From NCBI GenBank assembly GCA_951406725.2, contig OX597818.1, positions 95,666,001-95,730,000 of the forward strand: a stretch of DNA of 64,000 nt. The letters are read 5' to 3'. Numbering within the stretch: the stretch's first letter is position 1; the number at the start of each line of letters is the position of its first letter. The translations under genes and the position numbers were made by a program. Shown here one piece after another: positions 39,160-49,648 of this stretch. The DNA is from Octopus vulgaris. Taxonomy: Eukaryota. Below the pieces are notes generated by a model that saw nothing but the letters and a program-made list of their open reading frames with translations, was not told the DNA's origin and did no database searches.

Positions 39160-39568
39160 AACTACTTCTAGTTTTTCTCCCTGGAATATGGCGGAAGTTG
39201 TTCTCTGCACATTTTCAGGTGTTTATTGCTCCTGAGCATCTGCCACATATAAAAACTATTTTCCCAGTTAGCCTTCTTTTGATATTGCTGCACCTCTTAT
39301 GTGTCCATAGCTTGCACTGGGTACATCTTATAGAGTTTCTACCTATGCCTTTTCTACAGATCGAGCAGGGCCAACTACCTGAAGGGATTTGTGGTTTGCC
39401 TGCCTTTCTACTTATTAGGACTTTGGTTTTGGCTAGGTTGACTCTAAGGCCCTTCGAACCCGAAGGACGAACATTATTATTATTATTATTACTTATTAGG
39501 ACTTTGGTTTTAGCTAGGTTGACTCTAAGGCCCTTCGATTCTAATCCTTGTTTCCACACCTGAAACTT
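39160..39568 (-). mobile_element. RTE (BovB-like) LINE fragment with internal ~50-bp duplication
   Basis: GLESKGLRVNLAKTKVL occurs twice, followed by WPCSICRKGIGRNSIRCTQCKLWTHKRCS, the Cys-rich insert of these elements. Confidence 0.8.
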
Positions 39569-39615
39569 ACAAATACACAGTTATGTATAGTAAAAATATA
39601 TTTAGCAATTACATG

Positions 39616-39684
39616 TCAAATATGATGATTTAAGCACTGGGCTATGACTAAATGTCTGATTCTAGTGTGCTTCACTGATTTTGA
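39616..39684 (+). ncRNA. Box C/D snoRNA copy 1 (SNORD88/snR76-like)
   Basis: C box ATGATGA 39622-39628; guide AGCACTGGGC; D' ATGA; D box CTGA 39675-39678; stem TCAAA/TTTGA. Confidence 0.88.
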
Positions 39685-40050
39685 AGTTTTTTTTAATATT
39701 TGTTACTACAACTATTTTATTTCGATAATCTGACATGTGTTCAAGCAATGAATTTATAAATTGCTTGGAGATCTAAATTTTTCTGCTCATTATTTCCAAT
39801 CAATCAATTCAGACAGTATTGTATCACTTGAGATGTTAACCTCAGATTAATTCATGGACTACGTTGGTGACTTGCAGCTATGTCTCCATTTGACACCTCA
39901 TTGACCAATGTGAGATCTGAAGTCATGAATACCATTGTACATTGTAGCTAAGTGTATTATGTCCTCATTCTGTGGGGATTAGGTTTCACAGCAATAAGAA
40001 TTAATCACTGTACCAATATCAGGAACATAAATATTTCAGTATACTACTAA

Positions 40051-40126
40051 TCAGTCAATTACAATGAATTAAGCACTGAACTGTGACTATCTTCTGAAAA
40101 GAGCAAGGTTCATTGATCTCGGCCTG
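40051..40126 (+). pseudogene. Diverged snoRNA paralogue
   Basis: C box changed to ACAATGA, guide AGCACTGAAC, D box TTGA. Confidence 0.6.
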
Positions 40127-41351
40127 CTTTTTAATAGTTGACTTATTCAAAGTTACACCAGATGTGGAATGGTTGTTTCTGTGTTGTGATGTATAGATGT
40201 CGTCCTCATTGTTTTCATGTCCACTTCTGTGCTGGCATAAACTGCATGGTTAGACAGGATCTAACTTGCCTAAGTCTCTAAATTTCGTGTCAGTAATTAT
40301 TGATTAGCTGATTACTAATGAAGCCCTAAATATCAGTGCAAACAGGGTTCTGTGGTTAAGCGAGTGTTACCACCATACAGGTGGTAGTCTGCATTTCCAG
40401 TTTTCTGTGAAAAGTTCTCCAGCTATAGAAAGTCTTTTGATGGAATTCCATATAAGTATGAAAAGTGGACATTGAAATTATGCATATATTTGTGTGTACA
40501 CAAACACACACACCGATTCTTGTTTATCACTGTGGTTTGGTTCTAAATAGTACAGTGATGAATAAATCATCTCCATGCTGGAATAAATGGTAGGTCAATT
40601 GACAGCAAACTTGCAGCTCTCAGCAGTGAAGCATTCAATGTTACATTTTCTTGATTATCTCCAATTTCTCATGAAGAGAGTACACTCATCTATTTCATTT
40701 GTTAGGATTAGGTACTTTTGTATTTTTCTTTCCACCTGTCCAATGTTGATGGGTTCAGCTACATGAATCCATGTAAAAAATATGTAACCTTGTAACAAAT
40801 TCGTGTAAAGACAAGCAATGATCAGTGAATATTAGGTAGCTGAATATCATGGGCTATCACTGGGACATGTTTTTATGATACAAGCTGAATCTTCAATTGG
40901 TTATTGATCTGTATTATCACAGATCAGTGTAACATGGTTCACAGTTGAGCATAGTGTGTTATCCCAGATCAGTTATAAACATGGCTATGTGTGTGCATAC
41001 CCATAAATATATAATATATATACACACGTGTACATGACTGAGTGCCTATTCCCCATTTTTTTTATATTTGTGCACTGATTATAAAGAAAAGCTTCACTTT
41101 ATATAAACTTTGCCATGTTGTTCCTCCCAAAAGCAAGTCTGAGTTTGTTGATAGATTGAGGGATTATTACCTTGCTTGGAAATAGGTAATGTTTGGCATC
41201 AAGAAGGACTCAAGCCATGAATATTCTACTGTAGCAGTCTCATTTGGTCTATGCAAGCATCGAAAAGTAGATGTTAAAATTATATACATACACACACACA
41301 CACACACATACATACATAGTTATGTATAGTAAAAATATATTTAGCTATTAG

Positions 41352-41427
41352 TTGTCAAATATGATGATTTAAGCACTGGGCTATGACTAATTGTCTGATT
41401 CTAATGTGCTTCACTGATTTTTGACAA
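41352..41427 (+). ncRNA. Box C/D snoRNA copy 2
   Basis: C box 41361-41367; D box 41414-41417; stem TTGTCAAA/TTTGACAA. Confidence 0.9.
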
Positions 41428-41767
41428 GTTTTTTAATATTTGTTACTACAGCTATTTTATTTTGATAATCTGACATGAGAAATTGCTTGGGGATCTAAAT
41501 TTTTCTGCTCATTCTTTCCAATCAATCAATCAATCAATTCAGTCAGTATTTTATCACTTGAGCTTAATTCATGGACTACATTGGTGACCTGCAGCTATGA
41601 TTTCATTTGACACTTCAGAGACCAATGTGAGATCTGAAGTCATGAATACCATTGTACATTGTAGCTAAGTGTATTATGCCCTCATTCTGTGGAGATTAGG
41701 TTTCACAGCAATAAGAATTAATCACTGTACCAATATCGGGAACATAAATATTTCAATATACTACTGA

Positions 41768-41844
41768 TCAGTCAATTACAATGAATTAAGCACTGAACCA
41801 TGACTATCTTCTGAAAGCTGCAAGGTTTATTGATCTTGGACTGA
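41768..41844 (+). pseudogene. Diverged snoRNA paralogue
   Basis: As at 40051; terminal TCAGTC/GACTGA stem present. Confidence 0.6.
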
Positions 41845-42354
41845 ATTTTTATATTTGACTAATTCAATGTTACACCAGATGTGGAATGGTTGTTTCTGTG
41901 TTGTGTTGTGAAATAAAGATGGTTTTGATGTCATCATTATTGTTTTTATGTCCACTTCCGTGTTGGCATAAGCTGGATGGTGAGGCAGGATCCAACTTGC
42001 CTAAGTCTCTAAATTTCATGTCAGTAATTATTGATTAGCTGATTACTAATGAAACCATAAATATCAGTGCAAACAGGGTTCTGTGAGTGTTACCACCATA
42101 CAGGTGGTAGTCTACATTTCCAGTTTTCTTTGAAAAGTTCTCCAGCCATAGAAAGTCTTTTTAATGGAATTCCATGGAAGCATTAAAAGTGGACATTAAA
42201 ATGATAGACCAATGTGAGATCTGAAGTCATGAATACCATTGTACATTGTAGCTAAGTGTACTATGTCCTCATTTGGTGGGGATTATGTTTCACAGCAATG
42301 AGAATTAATCACTATACCAATGTTGGGAACATAAATATTTCAGTATACTACTAA

Positions 42355-42431
42355 TCAGTCAATTACAATGAATTAAGCACTGAACTGTGACTATCTTCTG
42401 AAAAGAGCAAGGTTCATTGATCTCGGACTGA
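42355..42431 (+). pseudogene. Diverged snoRNA paralogue
   Basis: As at 40051; terminal TCAGTC/GACTGA stem present. Confidence 0.6.
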
Positions 42432-43651
42432 ATTTTTATATTTGACTAATTCAGAGTTACACCAGATGTGGAATGGTTGTGTTGTGTTATGAAGTAAAGA
42501 TGGTTTTTATGTCCACTTCTGTGCTGGCATAAGTTGGATGGTTAGACAGGATCCAACTTGCCTAAGTCTCTAAATTTCATGTTAGTAATTAATGATTATT
42601 TGATTACTAATGAAATACACTCTTTAATGTAAGTTGTCACTTGGTACTAGAAATAGTAATAAATGCAGTTGGTATTGGACAAGACCATAGATATTAGTGC
42701 AAACAGGGTTCTGTGGTTAAAAATGAGTGTTACCACCATACAGGTGGTATTGTCTGCATTTCCAGTTATTTGTGTAAAGTTCTCCAGCCATGTGAAAGTG
42801 CATCCAGAAAATCGTTTGATGGAATTCCATCTAATGTATATAAGCATGAAAAGTGGACATTGAAATTATGCATATATTTGTGTGTACACAAACACACACA
42901 CCGATTCTTGTTTATCACTGTGGTTTGGTTCTAAATAGCACAGTGATGAATAAATCATCTCCACGCTGGAATAAATGGTAGGTCCATTGACAACAAACTT
43001 GCAGCCCTCAGCAGTGAAGCATTCAATGTTACATTTTCTTGATTATCTCCAATTTCTCGTGAAGAGAATACACTCATCTTTCATTTGTTAGGATTAGGTA
43101 CTTTTGTATTTTTCTTTCCACCTGTCCAATGTTGACGGGTTCAGCTACATGAATCCATGTAAAAAATATGTAACCTTGTAAAACATTCATGTAAAGACAA
43201 GCAATGATCAGTGAATATTAGGTAGCTGAATATCATGGGCTATCACTGGGACATGTTTTTATGATACAAGCTGAATCTTCAATTGGTTATTGATCTGTAT
43301 TATCACAGATCAGTGTAACATTGGTTCACAGTTGAGCATAGTGTGTTATCCCAGATCAGTTATAAACGTGTGTGCATACCCATAAATAATATATATACAC
43401 ACTTATGTGCATGACTGAGTGCCTATTCCCCATTTTTTTTATATTTGTGCACTGATTATAAAGAAAAGCTTCACTTTATATAAACTTTGCCATGTTGTTC
43501 CTCCCAAAAGCATGTCTGAGTTTGTTGATAGATTGAGGGATTATTACCTTGCTTGGAAATAGGTAATGTTTGGCATCAAGAAGGACTCAAGCCATGAATA
43601 TTCTACTGTAGCAGTCTCATTTGGCCCATGCAAGAATCGAAATGTAGATGT

Positions 43652-43687
<36 letters not shown>

Positions 43688-43730
43688 TACATACATAGTT
43701 ATGTATTGTAAAAATATATTTAGCTATTAG

Positions 43731-43805
43731 TTGTCAAATATGATGATTTAAGCACTGGGCTATGACTAAATGTCTGATTCTAGTGTGCTTCACTGATTTT
43801 GACAA
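43731..43805 (+). ncRNA. Box C/D snoRNA copy 3
   Basis: C box 43740-43746; D box 43793-43796; stem TTGTCAAA/TTTGACAA. Confidence 0.9.
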
Positions 43806-44460
43806 GTTTTTTTAAATATTTGTTACTACAGCTATTTCATTTTGATAATTTGACATGAGAAATTGCTTGGAGATCTAAATTTTTCTGCTCGTTCTTTCCA
43901 ATCAATCAATCAATTCAGTCAGTATTGTATCACTTGAGATGTTAACCTCAGATTAATTCATGGACTACATTGGTGACTTGCAGCTATGTCTCCATTTGAC
44001 ACCTCATTGACCAATGTGAGATCTGAAGTCATGAATACCATTGTACATTGCAGCTAAGTGTATTATGTCCTCATTCTGTGGGGATTAGGTTTCACAGCAA
44101 TAAGGATTAATCACTACCAATATTGTGAACATACTACTTGTACAATATTTAGATTTGCCATCCTCTTGTCCTTCAGTTTTTGTTCATTAGTAAATTGTAC
44201 ATCTAACAAATTAATTCAAGTGTCATATTCTGGCAGTAAACTTGGGCACCTATAGTTGATAATTAATTTGAAATTGTCTTCTAAATGTATTGTGATGTTC
44301 TTTGCTCAGATATGCCAGTCTGTGAAATTAATTCCTTTAGATGGCTTATGACTTAATATTTGTATCTGCTGTAGGAGTTGGATTTTTGATGAGTATAAAC
44401 AAACAGGTTAGATTAGATAAAGTTTGTAGAAGGTTTGATATGCTATAATGTAGGTGTCTA

Positions 44461-44510
44461 TCGAATATGATGTCTTAGCACCAAGCTGTGAGTGAACACT
44501 TGATTCTAAT
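44461..44510 (+). pseudogene. Decayed snoRNA copy
   Basis: tcgaatatgatgtcttagcaccaagctgtga...tgattctaat aligns with the 5' two-thirds of the snoRNA. Confidence 0.5.
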
Positions 44511-44883
44511 TTCATTTCTTCATATTTTCTGCATTATTGGTGGGCTGATGTTATTATTGTGTATCTATTTGATATTTTATGTGAAATATTGTTGAATTAG
44601 GTGTTTATGGTTTCTGAAAGTTTTTGATATATGAAACTGTGGAACAATAACTTCCAGACCACATCATACCCTAATTGATTGACAACAGCCGCTTTGATTA
44701 GCCATTCCGAATCCTTCTTAAGACTGATACATTTCAATAACCACTAAATAATCACACTTCCCATTTTATTTTTGCTATTAACCATCCTCACAACCCCCTT
44801 CGTGTCTATGATGGGGCCATGAACTATAGATAAAACTGTAGAATGAAAGAACATGTAAATCATTTGGATGTTATTGAATTATG

Positions 44884-44957
44884 TGGTCAAATATGATGAC
44901 TTAAGCACTGGGCTATGACTGATTCTGATTCTAATGTGCTTCACTGACTTTTGACCA
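44884..44957 (+). ncRNA. Box C/D snoRNA copy 4
   Basis: C box 44893-44899; D box 44944-44947; stem TGGTCAAA/TTTGACCA. Confidence 0.9.
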
Positions 44958-45938
44958 GGTTTAGCTTATTGAAAAAATACACCTTCACGATAAGGTCTGG
45001 CCTTGTACCTTGTGGTCCATGCTGACTAACATTAGTTTCCCTGTATAAAAACTAAATCCACAACAGTAGCCAGTATTTGCTTCACAAATTTTCCAAACTT
45101 TGAACCCCCATTTTGTGTTTGTTAACAATCTGCGTAAATTTGTTTTCGAAGTGATCGCTTCAAACTAGCATACTGAAAAAAATAAAAGTCTAATGGTTTC
45201 ACTTCCTAAGAAAGACTATAGATAAACTTTATCTCAGAAAAATTACTAATAAAAACATTTTTAAAGTTTTTTACTTCATTCCTATGTAAAATCGTCTTCG
45301 CTGTCGCCATTGCCGATTTGTTTCTTCAGAATCGCTTTCATTTTCGGATAAAAAAAATCCTATTCATTATTTTGTACACCACGTGCTTTAAGACCTCATG
45401 CATTCTTTTTCTCGATATCTCCCTATTTTCCGTTGGAAAAGCTTTAAATTCGGATCAATGCTTGATAACATGAAACTCCTATCCATTTTCAAAGTTGAAG
45501 AAAAATCGATGCCGAAAAAAATGTGGAGAAAAATCTCCCAAAATTCACTGAGTTGAGATATCACGTCAAGCAATGTTGGATACTATAAGCTAACTATTTA
45601 CAAAGTGAAATCGCATGTTTTAACGAATGTACCAATGAGATTTGGGTTCAAATTTACATTTAAATAACAATAGGTTCTCACGGCCGGGTTGGTATTATAA
45701 ACCAAAAAATTTTTCGGCTGGGTTAGTAACGAAAGGGTTAAACTGGCCAGATCCAGCCTCACACACCTTACCTGAATCATTCTTACTCTTTTACTTGTTT
45801 CAGTCATTTGACTGCGGCCATGCTGGAGCACCGCCTTTAGTCGAGCAAATCGGCCCCGGGACTTATTCTTTGTAAGCCCAGTACTTATTCTATCAGTCTC
45901 CTTTGCTGAACCGCTAAGTGACGGGGACGTAAACACCA

Positions 45939-46010
45939 GGTCAAATATGATGACTTAAGCACTGGGCTATGACTGATTCTGATTCTAATGTGCTTCACTG
46001 ACTTTTGACC
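45939..46010 (+). ncRNA. Box C/D snoRNA copy 5
   Basis: C box 45947-45953; D box 45998-46001; directly abuts a truncated SINE. Confidence 0.88.
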
Positions 46011-46167
46011 AGGTTTAGCTTATTGAAAAAATACACCTTCACGATAAGGTCTGGCCTTGTACCTTGTGGTCCATGCTGACTAACATTAGTTTCCCTGTAT
46101 AAAAACTAAATCCACAACAGTAGCCAGTATTTGCTTCACAAATTTTCCAAACTTTGAACCCCCATTT

Positions 46168-46209
46168 TGACTGATTCTGATTCTAATGTGCTTCACTGAC
46201 TTTTGACCA
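46168..46209 (+). pseudogene. 3' half of the snoRNA (no C box, no D' guide)
   Basis: tgactgattctgattctaatgtgcttcactgacttttgacca only. Confidence 0.8.
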
Positions 46210-46520
46210 GGTTCAGCTTATTGAATGACACCACTCTTACAGTGGGCAGGATGAGATTTGAAGTTATGGCTATATGTGTCTACTGTAGCCCTTCTATCAG
46301 CTTAAATATGCTTTCTGCTTTATGACCACTTCCTGGAGTAATCTGATCTAATTTGTATAGCTAAGTGACTAATAGTAGACGCAGGAAAGAATTGACCTAT
46401 TAGAGGTTGCAGAATGTGTGTTTGTATATGTTTAGATGAGCACAAAAGGGATATCAAATATGATGTACAAACCCGTTAGTCATGGGTTGTAGAAGAATAT
46501 TTGGGTGTTATTGAATTACT

Positions 46521-46592
46521 TGGTCAAATATGATGACTTAAGCACTGGGCTATGATTTACTGATTCTAGCGTGCTTCACTGATTTTTGACAA
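46521..46592 (+). ncRNA. Box C/D snoRNA copy 6
   Basis: C box 46530-46536; D box 46579-46582; shorter spacer; flanks diverged from other copies. Confidence 0.9.
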
Positions 46593-47050
46593 GTTTCTTT
46601 CAATTTCACTACAGCTAGTTGGTTTTGATAATTTGATTAAGAGATAATAGTCTGAGTCATCTAAAGAAAATATGAACGAAACTAATGAATCAATAAATAG
46701 CTTGGCGGTCTGTGTTTGCACTTTGCTTATTCTTTCAAACTAACCTATATTTGAGACAACCTCTTTGCATTTATCAGCTTAGAGGCAAAGTCAGATTTTG
46801 AAACCAAGCATTGCAGATATTGCCCAGTGAATATCTTTATAAGGCCATGAAGATCAAATGTCCAAAGAGATCTGGGGTTTAGGAACTCTTGGCATGCTAT
46901 CAGTTGAATAGTTTGGAGTTTTGCATATATAGCCATATTATTTCAGTCTCTTATTTGCTTAATAATAATAGTGTATGTCATGTGAAGAGCATTTATTTAA
47001 AACTGTAGAATGAAAGAACATGTAAATTATTTGGATGTTACTGAATTATG

Positions 47051-47124
47051 TGGTCAAATATGATGACTTAAGCACTGGGCTATGACTGATTCTGATTCTA
47101 ATGTGCTTCACTGACTTTTGACCA
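47051..47124 (+). ncRNA. Box C/D snoRNA copy 7
   Basis: C box 47060-47066; D box 47111-47114. Confidence 0.9.
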
Positions 47125-47867
47125 GGTTTAGCTTATTGAATGACACCACTCTTACAGTGGGCAGGATGAGATTTGAAGTTATGGCTATATGTGTCTACTG
47201 TAGCCCTTCTATCAGCTTAAATAAAAGTGTTAATGGCAGTGCAGCAGATTGCCCAGAGAATGTTTATGTATTGCCATATTAGATATAGTATGGCCAATGG
47301 TGACTTAACTATACATTCCAACTTATGCTTTTATCAGATACTAGATGTCCAGTGTCGTCATGAAGCTCAGCCTGTAGGGAATTGGTTCACACCAATAAAG
47401 GAAAAAGAATTCATTGAATCAATGTCAGAAACAAAGGTTTTATATGTATCACTCAGCAGTATTTAGATTCACCAACTGCTGGTATATGGGTTCAGGTTTT
47501 TGGTCTTTTATCAAGTATTCATATAAAAAATGATTAGTTGAATGAAGTGTTACAAAGTTTGGTCATCTACAGTTTATTGGAGTTTCTTGTGATTCTTTTT
47601 GATGTGTGAAACTGCAGACTGGTAAAAGTTCATTGTAATAAATTTAATAGCTTTACATTATTTGAGATTCTTTGCTGAAAATTGTTTTTCTTTAAAAGCC
47701 AGTAGGATATACTGAGTTCATTTGAGTGAATATTAACAACCACTAGCAAATATACCTATCTACGAGGGAGGGAAGTCATAACAGCAGTATGTATTGAGAA
47801 ATGTGTAAATGGACTTGATAAATTGCTGGGTGATGTCTTAGAGTAATCACATTGTTGGTGATACAGC

Positions 47868-48871
47868 ATTCTATTGCAGCTATATGATGTGTTTGTGACT
47901 AAGTGACATGTGATAATGATTCACTCCCGAACTGAAATAGGCTCCCAGCTTCTGTATTATGAATGGTTTTGTGGACCACTCCTAACAAAAGCCAGAGCTT
48001 CCTTTGGCCACTACATAAAAAGTATTAAGAAAAGTTATTTAGATATACTTTTATTTTAGTTGTTTACACTATCTTACACTTGTTAATACTCTTATACATT
48101 CAAAGTTCACAAATTTCCTTATTTAAATTATGAATTGTATTCCTTTCAGTAATATCAATGATTACAAAACTTCTTTGTAGACAATATTTTCTGTTTGGTC
48201 AAATTACTGAAGTCACTACTCATAGTGACGTATAACTGGCTGTGTGTAAACATTGGAGTGGGTAAAAATACACCTTCACAATAAAGTCTGGCTCTGTGCC
48301 TTGTTTACTGTGAATGTGCAAGCAGAATCATTAGGGTTGCAAAAAATCAAACTAAGACTTATCTGTCATTGTTGTTTTCAAATAATGTCTGGATGTTCTG
48401 GTAACGTGGTTTATTTTGATTGACAAAACTGACAACAGCCGCTTTGATTAGCCATTCCGAATCCTTCTCAAGACTGATACATTTCAATAACCACTAAATA
48501 ATCACACTTTCCATTTTATTTTTGCTATTAACCATCCTCACAACCCCCTTCGTGTCTATGATGAGGCCATGAACTATAGATAAAACTGTAGAATGAAAGA
48601 ACATGTAAATCATTTGGATGTTATTGAATTATGTGGTCAAATATGATGACTTAAGCACTGGGCTATGACTGATTCTGATTCTAATGTGCTTCACTGACTT
48701 TTGACCAGGTTTAGCTTATTGAAAAAATACACCTTCACAATAAGGTCTGGCCCTGTACCTTGTGGTTCGCAAAACCATTCATAATACAGAGGCTGGGAGC
48801 CTATTTCAGTGCAGGAGTGAATTGTCATCACATCACTTAGTCACAAACACGTCATATAGCTGCAATAGAAT
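47868..48871. repeat. ~110-bp inverted repeat pair (47868-47979 / 48762-48871) enclosing snoRNA copy 8
   Basis: attctattgcagctatatga...gaatggttttgtggaccac versus gtggttcgcaaaaccattc...tcatatagctgcaatagaat. Confidence 0.85.
48634..48707 (+). ncRNA. Box C/D snoRNA copy 8
   Basis: C box 48643-48649; D box 48694-48697. Confidence 0.9.
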
Positions 48872-49573
48872 ATGAAAATCCAGAGTTGCTCGTGGTCAGT
48901 GAATATTTAATAAAAATGCAAAGGTAGTTTATCAATTCAAAAATCGATATCCATCAAATAATCATACTCTATGATTTTTTAATGCTAAAAACCTTCCTGG
49001 CAACTGTATTTGTAATCACCCAAAATATCGTAACCATTAGTCCAGCTGTCTGGCTGTGAAGGGGGAACAAAGACAGACAGGTGGGCATAATGCCCATTAT
49101 AGTAAGATAGCACATCTGCCCATCTACAATGGGAAATACAGGGATAGTATTGCAATTCTAAACCCCCTAAATTCGCCAAATATATGGTGGGGAAATCTAG
49201 AGTTAATCCTCGTCGTTAGAGTTTTAACAAAAAAAAATCAAAGGTGATTTATTAATACAAAACTCAATATCCACTAAATAGTCATACTTTTTCACATTTT
49301 TCTTAAAAACCTTCCTGATTACCTCTTTCATAATCTTGAAAAGCATTGTAACCATGGTCCAGCCATGGAAAGGGAACAGACAGACAAACGGACATAATGC
49401 CCATTATAGTAAGATGAATGTATTTAGTTGATCCAGCCAAACCAATCTATTGGTTTGGCTGTATCAACCAAAATGTTTATAATAATTAGTCTATGAAACT
49501 GAAGACATAATCAAAGAATTTTGGGTGTACTGTATAAGGGTTATAAAAAATTTTCGTTTGGTGTCATTGAATT

Positions 49574-49648
49574 GGTCAAATATGATGACTTAAGCACTGG
49601 GCTATGATTCACTATTTTGATTCTAGTGTGCTTCGCTGATTTTTGACT
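49574..49648 (+). ncRNA. Box C/D snoRNA copy 9
   Basis: C box 49582-49588; D box 49636-49639; distinct spacer and flanks; guide unchanged. Confidence 0.9.

Larger units (their letters stand above)
39575..44125 (+). repeat. Tandem duplication array A (units from ~39575, ~41315, ~43694; internal sub-duplication ~41620/42207)
   Basis: Unit start agttatgta(t/a)..taaaaatatatttagc and long internal blocks recur; each unit carries a snoRNA copy. Confidence 0.9.
44680..48770 (+). repeat. Mosaic duplication array B (blocks ~44680-45020, 45939-46320, 46999-47222, 48430-48767)
   Basis: Shared blocks tgacaacagccgctttgattagcc..., aaaactgtagaatgaaagaacatg... and aaaaatacaccttcac... surround the snoRNA copies. 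Confidence 0.85.

Noticed and set aside
46455-46470. tcaaatatgatgt as a further snoRNA copy
   Set aside because: Only the first ~12 nt match; no guide or D box follows.
39616-49648. Repeated conserved units read as a CRISPR-like array
   Set aside because: Eukaryotic intron; spacing is hundreds to thousands of bp and irregular; the units have C/D boxes and an rRNA antisense guide.
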